A DNA stretch of 63,227 bases, the filler included, from Chiloscyllium plagiosum (taxonomy: Eukaryota), in NCBI RefSeq assembly GCF_004010195.1. It is 4 parts of one record of this genome, joined end to end, with 100 filler letters (N's around TTAATTAATTAA, not from the genome) between each part and the next. Parts side by side here need not be neighbours in the genome. Positions count along the whole stretch, not along the records: positions 19,958 to 35,478 come from NC_057713.1; positions 35,579 to 54,474 come from NC_057713.1; 2 more parts are not named here. The stretch is one strand, 5' to 3'. The translations under genes were made by a program, and so were the position numbers. Positions 27,381 through 40,433 of the stretch are shown in pieces. The stretch's first letter is position 1, and every line of letters starts with the position of its first letter. The notes below the pieces were generated by a model, which saw only the letters and a program-made list of their open reading frames with translations, did no database searches and was not told where the DNA came from.

Positions 27381-28542
27381 TAATAGGCATGCATTAGTTT
27401 CACCAAAACTAGCAAGGTAGGATTAAATTCTCTTATATTTAGTGTGTCAGTATACCTTTAAGGGATATGCAAGTGATGTCATCACTTGATATGCATGTGA
27501 CCTCAGGGTATAAAGATTTCAGACTTCATCTTAAATGGGGCCACTTGAAGGCTGATGGAAATGGCTTTGTAACTGAATGGCCCAATGTTAGTCCAGACAC
27601 GTCGGTGCCTGTGAATGTAATATTTGTGTATAAAAATGGACTGTAATAGAAATTCTTTTGGATTTTTCAATGCCATATTACCCACATCTAGATTACTATT
27701 GATGGGAGACAACACAGACATTGCTGCATTGGATATAAAAAGCTGCTTGAGGCAAATGCACATCATGGTCATTTATAAAGAAGATCAATCTGACAACAGC
27801 TCAGAGCATCAAAGAATTTTGATGTTCAGCATTTATGGTTTCTGTGAGCACCAGAGCAAAGAACTAATTTCTTTCTAATTAAAACCAAATTTCCTTCAAG
27901 CTATTAGAAAATTGTAAATGAAGTTGAAACACATGCAAGGCTGTGGATTTAAATGACCTGCAAGTGGAGAATGGTATTGCTGGTTAGGGCAGTGTTTATA
28001 GCCCATCCCCAACTGCTGAGTTGTCATCTAGAATCTTGTGTGTTATAGGTACACTCACAGTACTATTAGAAAGGCAGCTCCAGAATTTTGACCCAGTGAC
28101 AACGGAGGAATAATCCCATAGTTAAAAGTCAGCATGGTGTGTAACTTGGAGGGAAACTTGGTGTTCCCATACATCTGCTGCCCTTGTCTTGCATGATAGT
28201 AGATAGAATGCCACCACTTTAAACAGTCACTCAATTTTAAAGTGGCAGCAGTAGGCACCATCTACAAAATTACTGCAGCAACTCACCAAGGCTACCTTGA
28301 GTAGCACTTTCCAAATCTCCTACTAACAAGCAGGACAATGGCAGCAGATGCAATGGGAATACTTAGTTCTCCTCCACCTTACACACCATACTGACTTGCA
28401 TTTATGTCATTGACACAGCGACAGTGAAGGAGTCAAATTCTAGAACTCTTTTTCTAACAGCTGCTTTAACCTACAAGTTACTGAGCCTTTTCATCTTATT
28501 TATTCATAGGATGTTGGTATTGCAGCTAAGGCAGCATTTATG

Positions 28543-28628
28543 TAGGTTAAAAACAAGGACTGCTGGAAACCAGAGTCTAGATTGGAGTGGTGCTGGAAAA
28601 GCACAGCAGGTCAGGCAGCTCCTCGGAT
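28543..28628 (-). mobile_element. Short PLE pLTR tail insertion
   Basis: Matches the pLTR end; flanked by GCAGCATTTATG / GCAGCATTTGTG. Confidence 0.6.
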
Positions 28629-29809
28629 GCAGCATTTGTGGCTATCCCTAATTGCCCAGAGGACAGTTAACAGTCCACCAGATTTGCTGTTGATCCCACG
28701 TAGTGGCAGATTTCATGTTTTGTTCACTATCAGTTAGAGGTTCTGATTTCTCAGATGCAGAGCATCCTATCTTGAAATAGAAAACAAAGATAATAAAATA
28801 AAAAGATCAGGGAGAAATGAAGTTGTCCTCATCCAAGCAAAAACGAGTGATATACCAAATAATGTCTAAAAAGGGTTTTTTGGAAATGAGTGATGCATTG
28901 TGATGTGACTCGCATCATTGTGCCATATGCTTGATGTTTTGTCATTTGTTTAGCAAGAAAAAAAGCATAAAAGATGATGGCCAGGATTTTAAAAGGGTTT
29001 AGTGTTACGAGACTTAGGTTTGAGATTTCACACTGATAGACAGCCTTTCCATTATTGCAGAATTGATGTTAGAGAGCAAAATCCCCCCTCACCAAACACA
29101 CCTAACACTTTTGTAAGGATGCATGAGGGGTTACGTGAGTAATTTCAAAATTGCACATCTGTAACTCGGGGAAGCAGATTCAAAATTGCATATTTGAGCC
29201 CCCCTCACATTGGGTGAAACCACACCTACCACCAGCTCTGTCTCATTCTTGTCAGCTAGGAGTAAGAGAACACAACCTGTATGCAGATTGAACCTAATAG
29301 GAGCAAATCTGACCTTAGCAACAAAAATAGACATTTCTGTAGAAACTCAGCAGGTCTGGCAGCAACTGTGCAGAGAAAGCAGAGTTAATGTTTTGGATCC
29401 GGTTATCCTTCTTCAGAACATTGCAATGTTGCTTGCATTGATATAAAAGCCTTTTGATGGGTAAGCTACACTTTTGGATATGGTCCCAGAACATCTTGGG
29501 AAAGTCAGTTGCCCTTTAGGAGAGGTAATCTGCCCTTTAGGATTGTAAAAAGTAGACATAAATATGTGCAAAAATGCTTAAACCCATTGGAATGATCAAG
29601 CTCATTTGAACTGTCAAAAGGAGTTGTCAAAACAAGCCATAAAGAGGAGTGTCAATGCATTTAAATAGCTTTAACTATTTGAAAAAATAACTTTCTATAT
29701 TTAAAAAAAGTGCCTTCTATTTCATAATGACAATTGACACAGGCCTGAGGGCTTTCATTACTGAATTAAACCTACAAGGCTGATTTCACAAATTTCTATT
29801 ACAGTGGGA

Positions 29810-30385
29810 TGCAGTACAGGACACTAGTTAGGCCGCTGTTGGAATACTGCATGCAGTTCTGATCTCCTTCCTATCTGAAAGATGTTGTGAAACTTGAAAG
29901 GGTTCAGAAAAGATTTACAAGGATGTTGCCAGGGTTGGAGGATCTGAGCTACAGGAAGAGGCTGAATAGGCTGGGGCTGTTTTCCCTGGAGCGTCGGAGG
30001 CTGAGGGCTGACCTTATAGAGGTTTACAAAATTATGAGGGACATGGATAGGATAAATAAACCAAGTCTTCTCCCTGGGGTCGGGGAGTCCAGAACTAGAG
30101 GGCATAGGTTTAGGGTGAGAGGGGAAAGATATAAAAGAGATCTAAGGGGTAACTTTTTCACGCAGACGGTGGTACGTGTATGGAATGAGCTGCCAGAGGA
30201 TGTGGTGGAGGCTGGTACAATTGCAACATTTAAGAGGCATTTGGATGGGTATATGAATAGGAAGCGTTTGCAGGGATATGGGCCAGGTGCTGGCAGGTGG
30301 GACTAGATTGGGTTGGGATATCTGGTCGGCATGGACGGGTTGGACCAAAGGGTCTGTTTCCATGTTATACATCTCTATGACTCTA
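29810..30385 (+). mobile_element. Relatively young 5'-truncated CR1 (HER1-like)
   Basis: Open frame 29887-30306 ERVQKRFTRMLPGL..GLFSLERRRLRADL..WNELP; 3' tail ending ctctatgactctat. Confidence 0.92.
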
Positions 30386-31329
30386 TAACATGATATGTAA
30401 TTTCCGCCATTTGGAAAAATAACTTAGTTTTTTCTTCCTTATACAAGTTCCTTATTGATCAATTTCAACAGCCAAAAATCATGATGATTGCATCTTGTAT
30501 CTTAATTGAAAATGTGCAATATCATACGTGGCATATTGAAGAATGGTTGAAGCACATAGCAATTTCAATCTTTGCATATTTATTTGCACCCCATGACATT
30601 TTTTGTGTGTGAATGTAAACAATACTATAATGTTCAAACTTAATGTCAGTAATGCCTGGTTTTGCACTACAGTAGCTATGGTTGTGTTTCAACAATATGA
30701 TTGCTATGCAACTTGTCCCTCTTGTTGACCCCTCTGTATAATGCTACATGGACTTAGTCCAGCTTTGAACTATATACATTTTTTAAACAAAAGAGACTGT
30801 CTAATTGATATCCATCTGGATCTAAAGTACACTGCACAATAAAATTGGATCCAGGCGACATTTGGTACTTATCGGGCTACCTGCCAGTGCTTTGAATGCA
30901 AACAAGTCAACACAACGTAGATATGTGCCCATGTTTGCTCCAAAAACTATTATACCGAAATGTTCACTCAAACTGATGAATTTTTGTGGAATGCATTTTC
31001 AGTGATCCCCACAAATTGCTTCAGTTCTCCATGAAATGTGTCTGGCATCTAGCAACCAATAAAATATGCAGCAACATACATACACACCATGTGTATGTAC
31101 TCAAAATCGCTTTCAAATAGAATAGTCTAACACCCGTCTTTTCCTCGATGTGATGAGTGCATCACTACTGATTTATTTGATTTATTTATTTATTGTCCAT
31201 GGACCTAATTATAGTGAAAAGCTTTGTATACGAGCAATACAGGCAGATTTGTCTTCATTGGTTAGTATATGCATTGGGATAACAAACAAGTCAAGTTATA
31301 AGATTGGCTTTATCAGCAATGTTGTAAAT

Positions 31330-32475
31330 ATCTGCTTGCTTAACTCACAGAGGTCCACAGCATAGAAAAAAGCCCTTTGGTTTCTTGAATTTGTATCTGT
31401 CAAAAGCAATCACTCAACTATTCCAATCCCATTTTCCAATGTCTTGGCATTCCAAGTGTACATCTGAATACTACTTAAGTATTATGAAGGTTGCTACCTT
31501 TACCACTCTTGTAGACAGGGTGTTTCTCTGCATGACTAAAACGCTCCAGCCCAGGCAATATCCTGATAAATCTCCTCTGGGTCCTCAATCACATCCTTCC
31601 TATTATGTGGATTCCAGAGATGCACACAGTAAAAAAGCTGTGACCAAGCCAACTTTTCATACGCTTCCATCATGACCACCCTACTCTTATGCTCTATGCC
31701 ATGGCAAGTAAAGGCAAGTATCCCAAATGCTTCTTAAACACTTTATTTACAGCTTGACAATATAACATTGGGGCTACAGTTTTAAAAGGGGTGCAGAGGT
31801 AGAGGGACTTAGGTGTGTATATGCACAAATCACTAAATCACTAATTACTAGCAGGGCAGATTCAAAGATCAATTAATAAAGCATACAATATCCTTGGCTT
31901 TATCAATAGAGGCATCAAATACAAGAGCAAGGGGGAAATGTTGAAGTAGTAAAAACATTTGTTTGATCTCAGCAGGAGTTTTCAGTACAGACCTGGCTGC
32001 TGCATTATAGCAATGGATGCTGAAGCAATTTACAGGAATGGTTCTGGGGATTATAAATTCAGTTATGAAGTTAGATTGAAGAAATTAGGACTGTTTTCCT
32101 TGGAGAGTAGGAGGTGAAAAGACATCTGTTGGAGGTTTTAAAACTCACAGGCTTGAGAGAATTAATGGGGAGAAACTATTCGTGATTGTAAAGAATAAGA
32201 GGACAGAGATTTGAAGTGATTTGCAACAGAAATAAATATGAAGAGTGCAAACCATTTTCGCAGTGAGTAGTTAGGATATGGAATGCATTTCCTAGAAGTG
32301 TGGTGGATGGAGGTTCAATAGAGGTATTCAAGAGACTGTCAGATGATTACTTGGATAGAAATAGTTTGCAAGGGTTAAGAAGTTTGGCAATAATATAGAT
32401 ACTCATTTCAAGAGCCACTGCTGACTCGATGGCTGAATGGCTTCCTTATATGCCATGACAGTTCTTTGATTCTGT
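31330..32475. mobile_element. Two old CR1 3' fragments (minus ~31330-31740, plus ~31770-32475)
   Basis: Similarity to CR1 C-terminal coding region and tail in other copies. Confidence 0.6.
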
Positions 32476-32899
32476 AAGTTTGGATTTTCATTTTAGTTTT
32501 CATTTGGATCATGAGACAAAATTTGCTATAACATGGAGGTCAAATTGATGGAACATGGTCCAGATAATTTTCTTGATAATTATTTTAAGAATCCAAGTAG
32601 AAGTCAGATTATTTTAGATCTGGATCTTAGCTCTTGTAGTGTACAATGAATTAGTTAATTATGGTTTATGCAAAAGTTTGTAATGAAAGTGTCTGGGGAT
32701 GGATGATCATTGTAGGATAGAATTCATATTGAATTTCAGAATGATTTTCATAAGTTTGCGTCTATTAAATCTGAATGAAGAAAACTACTTAGGTATGTGG
32801 ACTGAATTAGCTAAGGTGAGTTGGGGATGTGGATTAAAGGATTTGCTGGTAAGAAATGGCAAATATGTGAAGAATTAATTCCTATTTGCAACAAATGGA

Positions 32900-33180
32900 C
32901 ATTTTCTTAAGTGTTGATTGAATAGGTAGGTTCTTGCAGAGTCCCTGAATTTTCTTCTGCAGTACCTCTGTTGCCATTTCTTGGCCAGGCTGAAGCAGAC
33001 AGTCATTGACTTCTGTCACGATGTGGATGATGTGAATATTCTTGTGGCCCATTACTTTGCCACTTACATAGTCAAGCAACTGTGAATGTCCGAAGATCTT
33101 GTATTTGTCAGTTCGATGAAATAGGGTGTTCATCATGATTAAGTCGTAGTCCAGGCATTTTGTCAGAAGCAGGACTTTTT
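32900..33180 (-). mobile_element. RTE-clade LINE endonuclease fragment
   Basis: LLLTKCLDYDLIMMNTLF...YK...LLDYV. Confidence 0.65.
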
Positions 33181-33379
33181 TTTTTAAGAAACATTTTTCA
33201 TAGGATATGGGCAACACTCTGTGGGCCATTAATTATTGCCCATTCCTAATTGCCTTGTGTGCCTGGAGGAAAGGGTGGTAGATTTCCATCCCTAAAGTGA
33301 TCCAGTTGAGTATTTACAACAATTAAAAGTGATTAGATTAACCATTATTAGCACTCTATTCTCTCAAATTCAACTCTGC

Positions 33380-33790
33380 CTTTATAATCAAGCATGCCAG
33401 CAAGGATAGTGCTGTTATTGTCTGACATACTGACCTCTGTATTGCAGAGGCTGAGCACAAGCTCTCTGATACCTCCTCCTGTCTCCCCCGGACCATGATC
33501 CCACCATGGAACATCAAGCCATTGTGTCCACAGTGGTCAGTAATCTAATTTCATTGAGAGATTTCCACTCCACGCCCCCTACTGCCTATCCCCAACTGTC
33601 TCCAAGCTCAAAGACCCCAACCCTGCACAACCTGTTTCTGCCTCTTTCCTAAAATCCACAAACAGGACTGCTCAGCAGACCCATTGTTTCTGCCTGCCCC
33701 TGCCCCTCCCCAAAGAACTCATCTCTTTTTACTTCAACTCAATTTTTTATACCCTTGTCCAATCTCTTTGCATTTACATCCATGATTCTT
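33380..33790 (+). mobile_element. PLE N-terminal/RT fragment
   Basis: Degenerate IKPADKGGAVVVW-like motif and PKIHKQDC..RPIVSAC. Confidence 0.75.
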
Positions 33791-33869
33791 CTGTATTAAT
33801 TGGAACCATTGACCATGTATAACAAACATCACAAATCTAGGGAATTATACACTTGATCAATTGCTCTGA

Positions 33870-34400
33870 AAAATCCTGTGAAGTCAACGACAAGATAGGT
33901 TCTCCAATTTCAACATGCTCAGCATTGAGGCACTGTCAGTTGGCTATTGTGTAGGACACGTTCACATGCCTGACACACAACTTCCAAACAAAGTAGTTTC
34001 ATCCAATAAAAACAAAGTACTATGGATGGTAGAGACCTTCCAAGCTCCATCACAAGAAACAGTTACCAACAGCATTGTAAAAACACTTTAAGACTGTCCT
34101 CAAAACCTCCCTGAAAAATGCAATATCCTCACCAACTCGAGGTAATCTCCTGCCAAATACTATACTGAAGAAGATCATCTATGAAGATGCCAATAGCCTT
34201 AAACATCTCTGATTGGCCCAAGTGGAGGCAAAGCGCAAACAGTAGAAGGAGTGTGTAAGAACTAGAGCATCCCACCCATCTCTCTCTTCAAATATCATGC
34301 ACCTGGGGCAGGGTTTGTGGATCCAGCATTGGACATTTGATCCACTTTTGCTCCACAATACTGGAATGGAAGGAAAATATCCTTAGTTACAAGGGACAAA
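33870..34400 (+). mobile_element. RTE-clade LINE 3' fragment
   Basis: NM.SIEAL..GHV.MPDT.LP..FK.VLK.SLKKCNI-like remnants. Confidence 0.6.
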
Positions 34401-35024
34401 GGAAGAGAAAGTGATTTATCTTGCTTCCCTTGAAATGCACTTCAGTTGCTCTATGTGAGCTCCATTTTTGAGAAATTTTGGGGAAAAAGATTTCTCCTGA
34501 ATTTTTTTGCTTGATTAATGATGGTTATCTAATATCAGTGATCATGGTTTTCCCCACAAGTGGAAGCCTACTCTACCCTCTCAAACCCCTTTATTATTTT
34601 TAAAGGCCCCTATTACATTACATTTAAACTTCTGTTTTGGAGAGAAAAGTGCCATAGCCTATTTAGTCTTTAACAATTAATACAATTAGTTAAATCTATT
34701 ATCAACCTTGAATTTTTTTTTGAGATTTCAAATCCTTTTAAAAATCAAGAGACCAAACCTATGCACAGTAATCAGAGTGATCTAACCAAAGTATGTAGAA
34801 AACACAATTATTTCTGATCAGAACCAGGGATGTAAGGAATATAAACATTGAAAAATGGTTACACTGAAGAAGGCAACCTGAGATAAGCAGACTTCAGACA
34901 AAGCAAAGAGTTTCTGCGGATGGCTTTTTTTCTTAGAGAGGGCAGTCGTTCTCACTTTTGAGTTCTTCGAGTGTGTTCTTACATGCCATTGCTTAACACC
35001 CAGGAGTGAGACTTCGTTGCAGAC

Positions 35025-35478
35025 GGTAAAAACAATGACTGCAGATGCTGGAAACCAGATTCTGGATCAGTGGTGCTGGAAGAGCACAGCAATTCAGGCA
35101 AAATCGACGTTTCGGGCAAAAGCCCTTCATCAGGAATAAAGGCAGAGAGCCTGAAGCGTGGAGAGATAAGCTAGAGGAGGGTGGGGGTGGGGAGAGAGGA
35201 GCGCTGGTTATGGAGGTGGGTAGAACTCACCTTTGTCCCCCTCCATCCACGCATCGATGAATTTAATACACGCCGTGACATCGAACAATTCTTCCGTCGC
35301 CTCCGCCTCCGCCTCCGAGCTTACTTTCACAATCAGGACTCCCGCCCACCTTCCGAGGACCCCTTCGCCCACCTCCAACACACTGCATCCACCTGGACAC
35401 CCCGCGCTGGCCTATTACCTGCCCTCGACCTCTTCATTTCCAACTGCCGCCGGGACATTAACCGCCTCAACCTGTCGA
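35025..35478. mobile_element. Young PLE: inverted pLTR (minus, ~35025-35197) abutting the plus-strand ORF N-terminal region, cut by a gap
   Basis: LTFVPLHPRIDEFNTRRDIEQFFRRLRL..RAYF; CpGs retained. Confidence 0.8.
35106..35133 (-). ncRNA. Minimal hammerhead ribozyme motif, intact core
   Basis: Minus strand CUGAUGA-A-GGGC-UUUU-GCCC-GAAACGUC. Confidence 0.8.
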
Positions 35479-35578
35479 NNNNNNNNNNNNNNNNNNNNNN
35501 NNNNNNNNNNNNNNNNNNNNNNTTAATTAATTAANNNNNNNNNNNNNNNNNNNNNNNNNNNNNNNNNNNNNNNNNNNN
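35479..35578. other. Assembly gap linker
   Basis: 44 N, TTAATTAATTAA, 44 N. Confidence 0.97.
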
Positions 35579-36368
35579 TCAATCAATGCCTCTGCTATTT
35601 CCTCAGCCACCTCTCTCAGAACTCTAGGTTGTATCCCATCGGGGCCAGGAGATTTATCAATTTTAAGACTTTTTAATTTTTCTAGCACTATCTCTTTCGT
35701 AATGGCAGCCATACTCAACTCAGCCCCGTGACATCCTTTAATTTTTGGGATATGACTCCTGTCTTCCACTGTGAAAACTGACGCAATGTACTTGTTAAGT
35801 TCTCCTGCTATTTCCTTATCTCCCATTACTAGGCTTCCTGCATCAGTTTGAAGTGGCCCAATGTCTACTTTTGCCTGTCGTTTGTTTCTTATGTACTGAA
35901 AGAAACTTTTACTATTATTTTTAATATTACTGGCTAGCCTACCTTCATATTTGATGCTCTCATTTCTTATTACACTCTTTGTTGTCCTCTGTTTGCTTTT
36001 GTATCCTTCCCAATCTTCTGATTTCCCACTGTTCTTAGCCACTTTATAGGATCTCTCTTTTTCTTTAATACATTTCCTGACTTCCTTTGTCAGCCAAGGT
36101 TGTCTAATCCCTCCCCGGTTAATCTTTCTTTTCTTGGGAATGAACCTCTGTACAGTGTCCTCAATTATACCTACAAACTCCTGCCATTTTTGCTCTACTG
36201 TCTTCCCGGTTAGCCTCTGCTTCCAGTCTATTTTAGTCAGTTCCTCTCTCATGCCCTCATAATTACCTTTATTCAACTGTAACACCATTACATCCGATTT
36301 TGCCTTCTCCCTTTCAAACTCCAGACTGAACTCTACCATATTATGGTCGCTACTTCCTAAGGGTTCCT
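35579..36368 (-). mobile_element. Young CR1 ORF2 fragment (between endonuclease and RT)
   Basis: Uninterrupted ~250-codon frame ending KSPGPDGIQPRVLREVAEEIAEAL. Confidence 0.92.
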
Positions 36369-38923
36369 ATTAGTGTGATGTAAAGAATTAAAAGAAAAGT
36401 TTTGGAGGTAAAATGGACGTAACAGGCATTGCTGATGAAATAGATATTTTAAAAAAATTATTCAAGTAAATGTGGATGTTGCTGGCAAAACCAGCATTAA
36501 TTGCTCATCCTTAATTCTTCCATTTAAAGTATTTAAGAAGCTGATCATCCAGTGATGCCCTGTTGCACATTAAACAGTAGAATTCCTGGTATTCCTGCCA
36601 CAACTGTAAGATACTACAGAGTTGCCAGTTACAAGAAGTCTAGAACGGAACAAAAAGATCTAAATTGGACAGATTGAGACACAAAATATTACAGAAGAAA
36701 AAAACTATGCATTCCTTTTGCAATTACCTGGAAATAATAATTAAAACTGCTAATCAAAGGATCCAAATTGAGAGACATAATCGATTATTCTGCTGTTCAA
36801 ATAAAATGCATTATTTTCTTAACTCTTTGCTGCTTATGGCAGATTTTTCTTTTCATATTTTAGCTACTGTGTTCAAGTAGATGTCAACGTTCTGCTGACC
36901 TTGATTTTTGTTTCATATTTCAGCTAACCTCCAGAGGAATAGGGTCCAAGATTCTTTAAGAAACCAGCTTTTTGAAGGTCACAAAGTAGTGCAAAACGGA
37001 TTCAATTCCTTCCAATGCAAACATTGCAAATGTCAGGGTTGCAATTTTTGTTTAACTCTTGCCTCCATTCCACAGTTCCCCATTCCTGCTGTGATCTAAT
37101 TATACAGAAGACTATTCACTGTGTGTTACCCACATTATCATAGTTTTTTTTACAATTGCAATGGATAAAGCATAGCTATAAATAAGATGCTGTTTTGTTT
37201 TCCTGTAATCAGTTGAACACCAAGATAGATCATTGTGGAATAGCTCACTGAGCTTTCATTATTGTATCATTTAAATAAGTAAGGGATAGGGCAGTTGCAC
37301 TTGCGGGAATAATTTCATGCTATTTTGGAGGGAAGGCGTGGAATCAAAGTACTGAAAGTACAAGAAGGGGACAAGATGGAACTACTTTGAAGATGGTGTA
37401 AAATGCTTGAGAAGATCAATGATGTCTTGAATCTGTTATTTCTTCAAACTATTCATGCCTTCATTGTAGCTCTGTTGAGAGACCTACAGGCCTAAAGTCC
37501 TTTGTGTTTAAGACGACAAAGTTTGGTGAACTCCTCATATAAGTACTTAGGAATTTTACTGTTCTAAATGCTTCAAATGAAAATGTGTAGAACTGAGAAA
37601 AAAACGAACAGTGTTTCACTCTTGATCTATGCATTTTTGCTAAGCCATAGTGGTTCACTATTCATGAATTTTCTAATGGTGAAATAACAGCTAGAAATAA
37701 CAGAAGCATAAGGAAAGTAAAACAATCAGGATTGTAACTTTACTGGGGTACACATATTTTGTAATTTTATAAATATATTGCCTTACATTTGCAAATGGAT
37801 TCCTATCAGATGGTGGACAACATTAACTTAACAGATAAATTGTGCACTGTTTTAAAAGATAAATTATTCTGCTCAAGACACTTTAACAGGAATAATGTCC
37901 TGTTAGTGCCTTAATTTTGAAGAACCTTTACTGCCATATACTTAATGCGTCATAATTTCAAAGAACAGCATCTGCTTAAACATTTTCCTTTGGATTGTGA
38001 AATGTATTTTAAAGATTTTATATTGGGTATAATTTTGAATTGAATGTGATGGTGAATAAACTGCCTGTAAAGACTGAGAATTATTCATAGGAAAATATGC
38101 AGGAAACTTGAATTGTAGAGGCATTAAGTGAGATTTGTTTCTGTGAATTATTTCAGGAGTCACTCCCGTAATATAGGAATTGTTGTATTTGCTGTTTTAT
38201 TTCTTGCCAGTCAACAGGAACACGTTCATGATATGGTTTACTTCACTCAGTACCTCCCAAAATAATTTATAATAGCTTTGCAGTTACATGTATGAAAGCA
38301 CTGGAAATTGGATTTCTGTTTTAGGATGACGCATGTTTTAAATGATACTGAACGTCGCACTGATGGGTATGTACCAATAAACATATCTTATCTACCTGTA
38401 TCTGCCTGATATTGATATTGTGGGGAATGGTTCTTATACACAATGACTACAATAGAAAAGTAAGGTATTGTCCACCAAATGTCTAGCATGAATCTTTGCT
38501 TTTGAAGCAGAATTTATGATTCACTAAAGAAAAGTTGTTGCTATTTTATACACAGTCCCACTAATAAAAATTAAGATAAATAGTGGGGTAATCTATTTTG
38601 GTAACACACATTGAGTGGGGAATGAGGAGACAGAACTTCCTGCAACATTTGATACATTGTCATGTAACATTTTGCATGCATCTAAATTTTCTAATGGTGT
38701 GTCAATTTCACTTTTCTTTTGAAAAATGGAACCTGCAATGATGTAGCACTCACAATGATGTAGCAATGATGAGCAAGTGTCAAACGCCAATCCCTATTCA
38801 CACCCCATTCCCATTTAATCACAGGTTAAACCTGCCCATTTACCTCCTCCCTGCTCAGCATCCAAGGCCCCAAACCTCCCTTCCAGTGAAGCAGTGATTT
38901 ACCTGTACTTCATTCAATCTAGT

Positions 38924-39020
38924 GTCAAGAGTGTGGTGCTGGAAAAGCACAACAGGTCAGGCTGCATCTGAGGAGCAGGAGAGTCGACATTTCGGGCAAA
39001 AGCCCTTCATCAGGAATGCC
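38924..39020 (-). mobile_element. 97-bp pLTR insertion with a hammerhead motif (38986-39013)
   Basis: TSD CTTCATTCAATCTAGT 38908-38923 vs CTTCATTTAATCTAGT 39021-39036. Confidence 0.8.
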
Positions 39021-39104
39021 CTTCATTTAATCTAGTCTACTGTATTTGCTGTTCAGTGTGGTCTCATCTACATTGGAGAGACAAAACGTAGATTGGGTGA
39101 CTGC

Positions 39105-39328
39105 TTCAGTGGTGCTGGTGCTGGAAGAGCACAGCAGTTCAGGCAGCATCCAACGAGCAGCGAAATCGATGTTTCGGGCAAAAGCCCTTCATCAGGATTC
39201 CTGATGAAGGGCTTTTGCCCGAAACGTCGATTTCGCTGCTCGTTGGATGCTGCCTGAACTGCTGTGCTCTTCCAGCACCACTGATCCAGAATCTGGTTTC
39301 CAGCATCTGCAGTCATTGTTTTTACCTC
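39105..39328. mobile_element. Young fold-back PLE-derived insertion with back-to-back hammerheads
   Basis: 82-bp inverted arms 39116-39197 / 39199-39280 with one mismatch, plus a one-sided tail. Confidence 0.9.
39201..39228 (+). ncRNA. Minimal hammerhead ribozyme motif, intact core; mirror copy on minus at 39168-39195
   Basis: CTGATGA-A-GGGC-TTTT-GCCC-GAAACGTC. Confidence 0.8.
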
Positions 39329-40433
39329 ACAGCACATCAGCCTTCTGTCTGCAAAAATGATCCAGAGCTTCTAGTTGTCTGCAACTGAAATACATGCGCC
39401 ATGGCCGAACACCAGCATGTCTGTCGCAGGCCTACTGCAGTGCTCCAGTGAATCTCAGTGCAAGGTCAAAGAACGATATCTCATTTTCCACTTGGAGACG
39501 CTGCAGTCTCCAGGATTCAACTTTAGACCCTAATTCACACCGGATCAACTTCACACCAGATCCTGTTATGAGAGGGTTGCTATTAGCACAATAACCAATT
39601 CTCACCTACTTCAAGACCCATTATCACTATGCGGATTGCTTTTAGTACAGCTCATTTAGTCTCTCCTCTCTCCTCCACACCCATAATATCACTTATTCAG
39701 CTTTTCTAGGGTCCTGGCCTGCTATCCATAATCACTTTGTTTACCTACTCCTTTCCTCACGCTTTCTCTCTGGGCTCCATCTCCACCTATCCACTTTTCT
39801 CTCCTTTCTCTCCCACACCCAACTTCATCTTCAGCATAAATACTTTTTCCTAGATGTTAACAGTTCTGACGAAGAGTCACCAGACTCGGAACATCAACTT
39901 TACTTTTTTTTCCCACAGATGTGCTTGACCTGCTGAGTTTTGCCAGCAATTTCTATTTTTGTTTCAACCTAGATAACCTACTGATGTTCTGTCATGGACT
40001 TCTGCATGCATCTTTCAGTGCTGAAAGGCAAGGATGTTATCTTCTGGATCCTCAACAATTTTCTCCTTGATGTTAAGTCTTGGTTTTTGATTTTTAATAT
40101 TTTTACCTCTGTATGAAATTCATTTTCCTTTCTGACAAACCCTTACCCAAGGTAAAAATAACTACTTGACATTGAAACATTTTGGGCTCAGAAATAGCAG
40201 GAACACTAAAAGCAATAGTCCCTTCAAATATTAAAGAATATTCATCATTTGGTTTATTAGCATCACCAAATGATACAGCATAAAGGTGAGCATTTAAGCT
40301 ATAATGCCTATGGCAGCTCTTTTAAAATACTTTTCAAATGTCCCTAATCTTGCCCCATAGTTGTGCAAACTTTTAAAGTATGTTTCTAGTTCCTTTGAAA
40401 GTTATCTCTAAATCTGCTTCCACCACTATTTCA

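Larger units (their letters stand above)
38790..39965 (+). mobile_element. Old PLE 3' half (GIY-YIG endonuclease and pLTR) hosting two younger PLE-derived insertions
   Basis: FTCTSFNLVYCIC..CGLIYIGETKRRLGD after removing inserts; hammerhead remnant CUGACGA-A-GAGUC-ACCA-GACUC-GGAA-CAUC at 39866-39895. Confidence 0.85.

Noticed and set aside
27503..27878. Short ORFs in unique sequence
   Set aside because: No recognisable motifs or convincing splice pair
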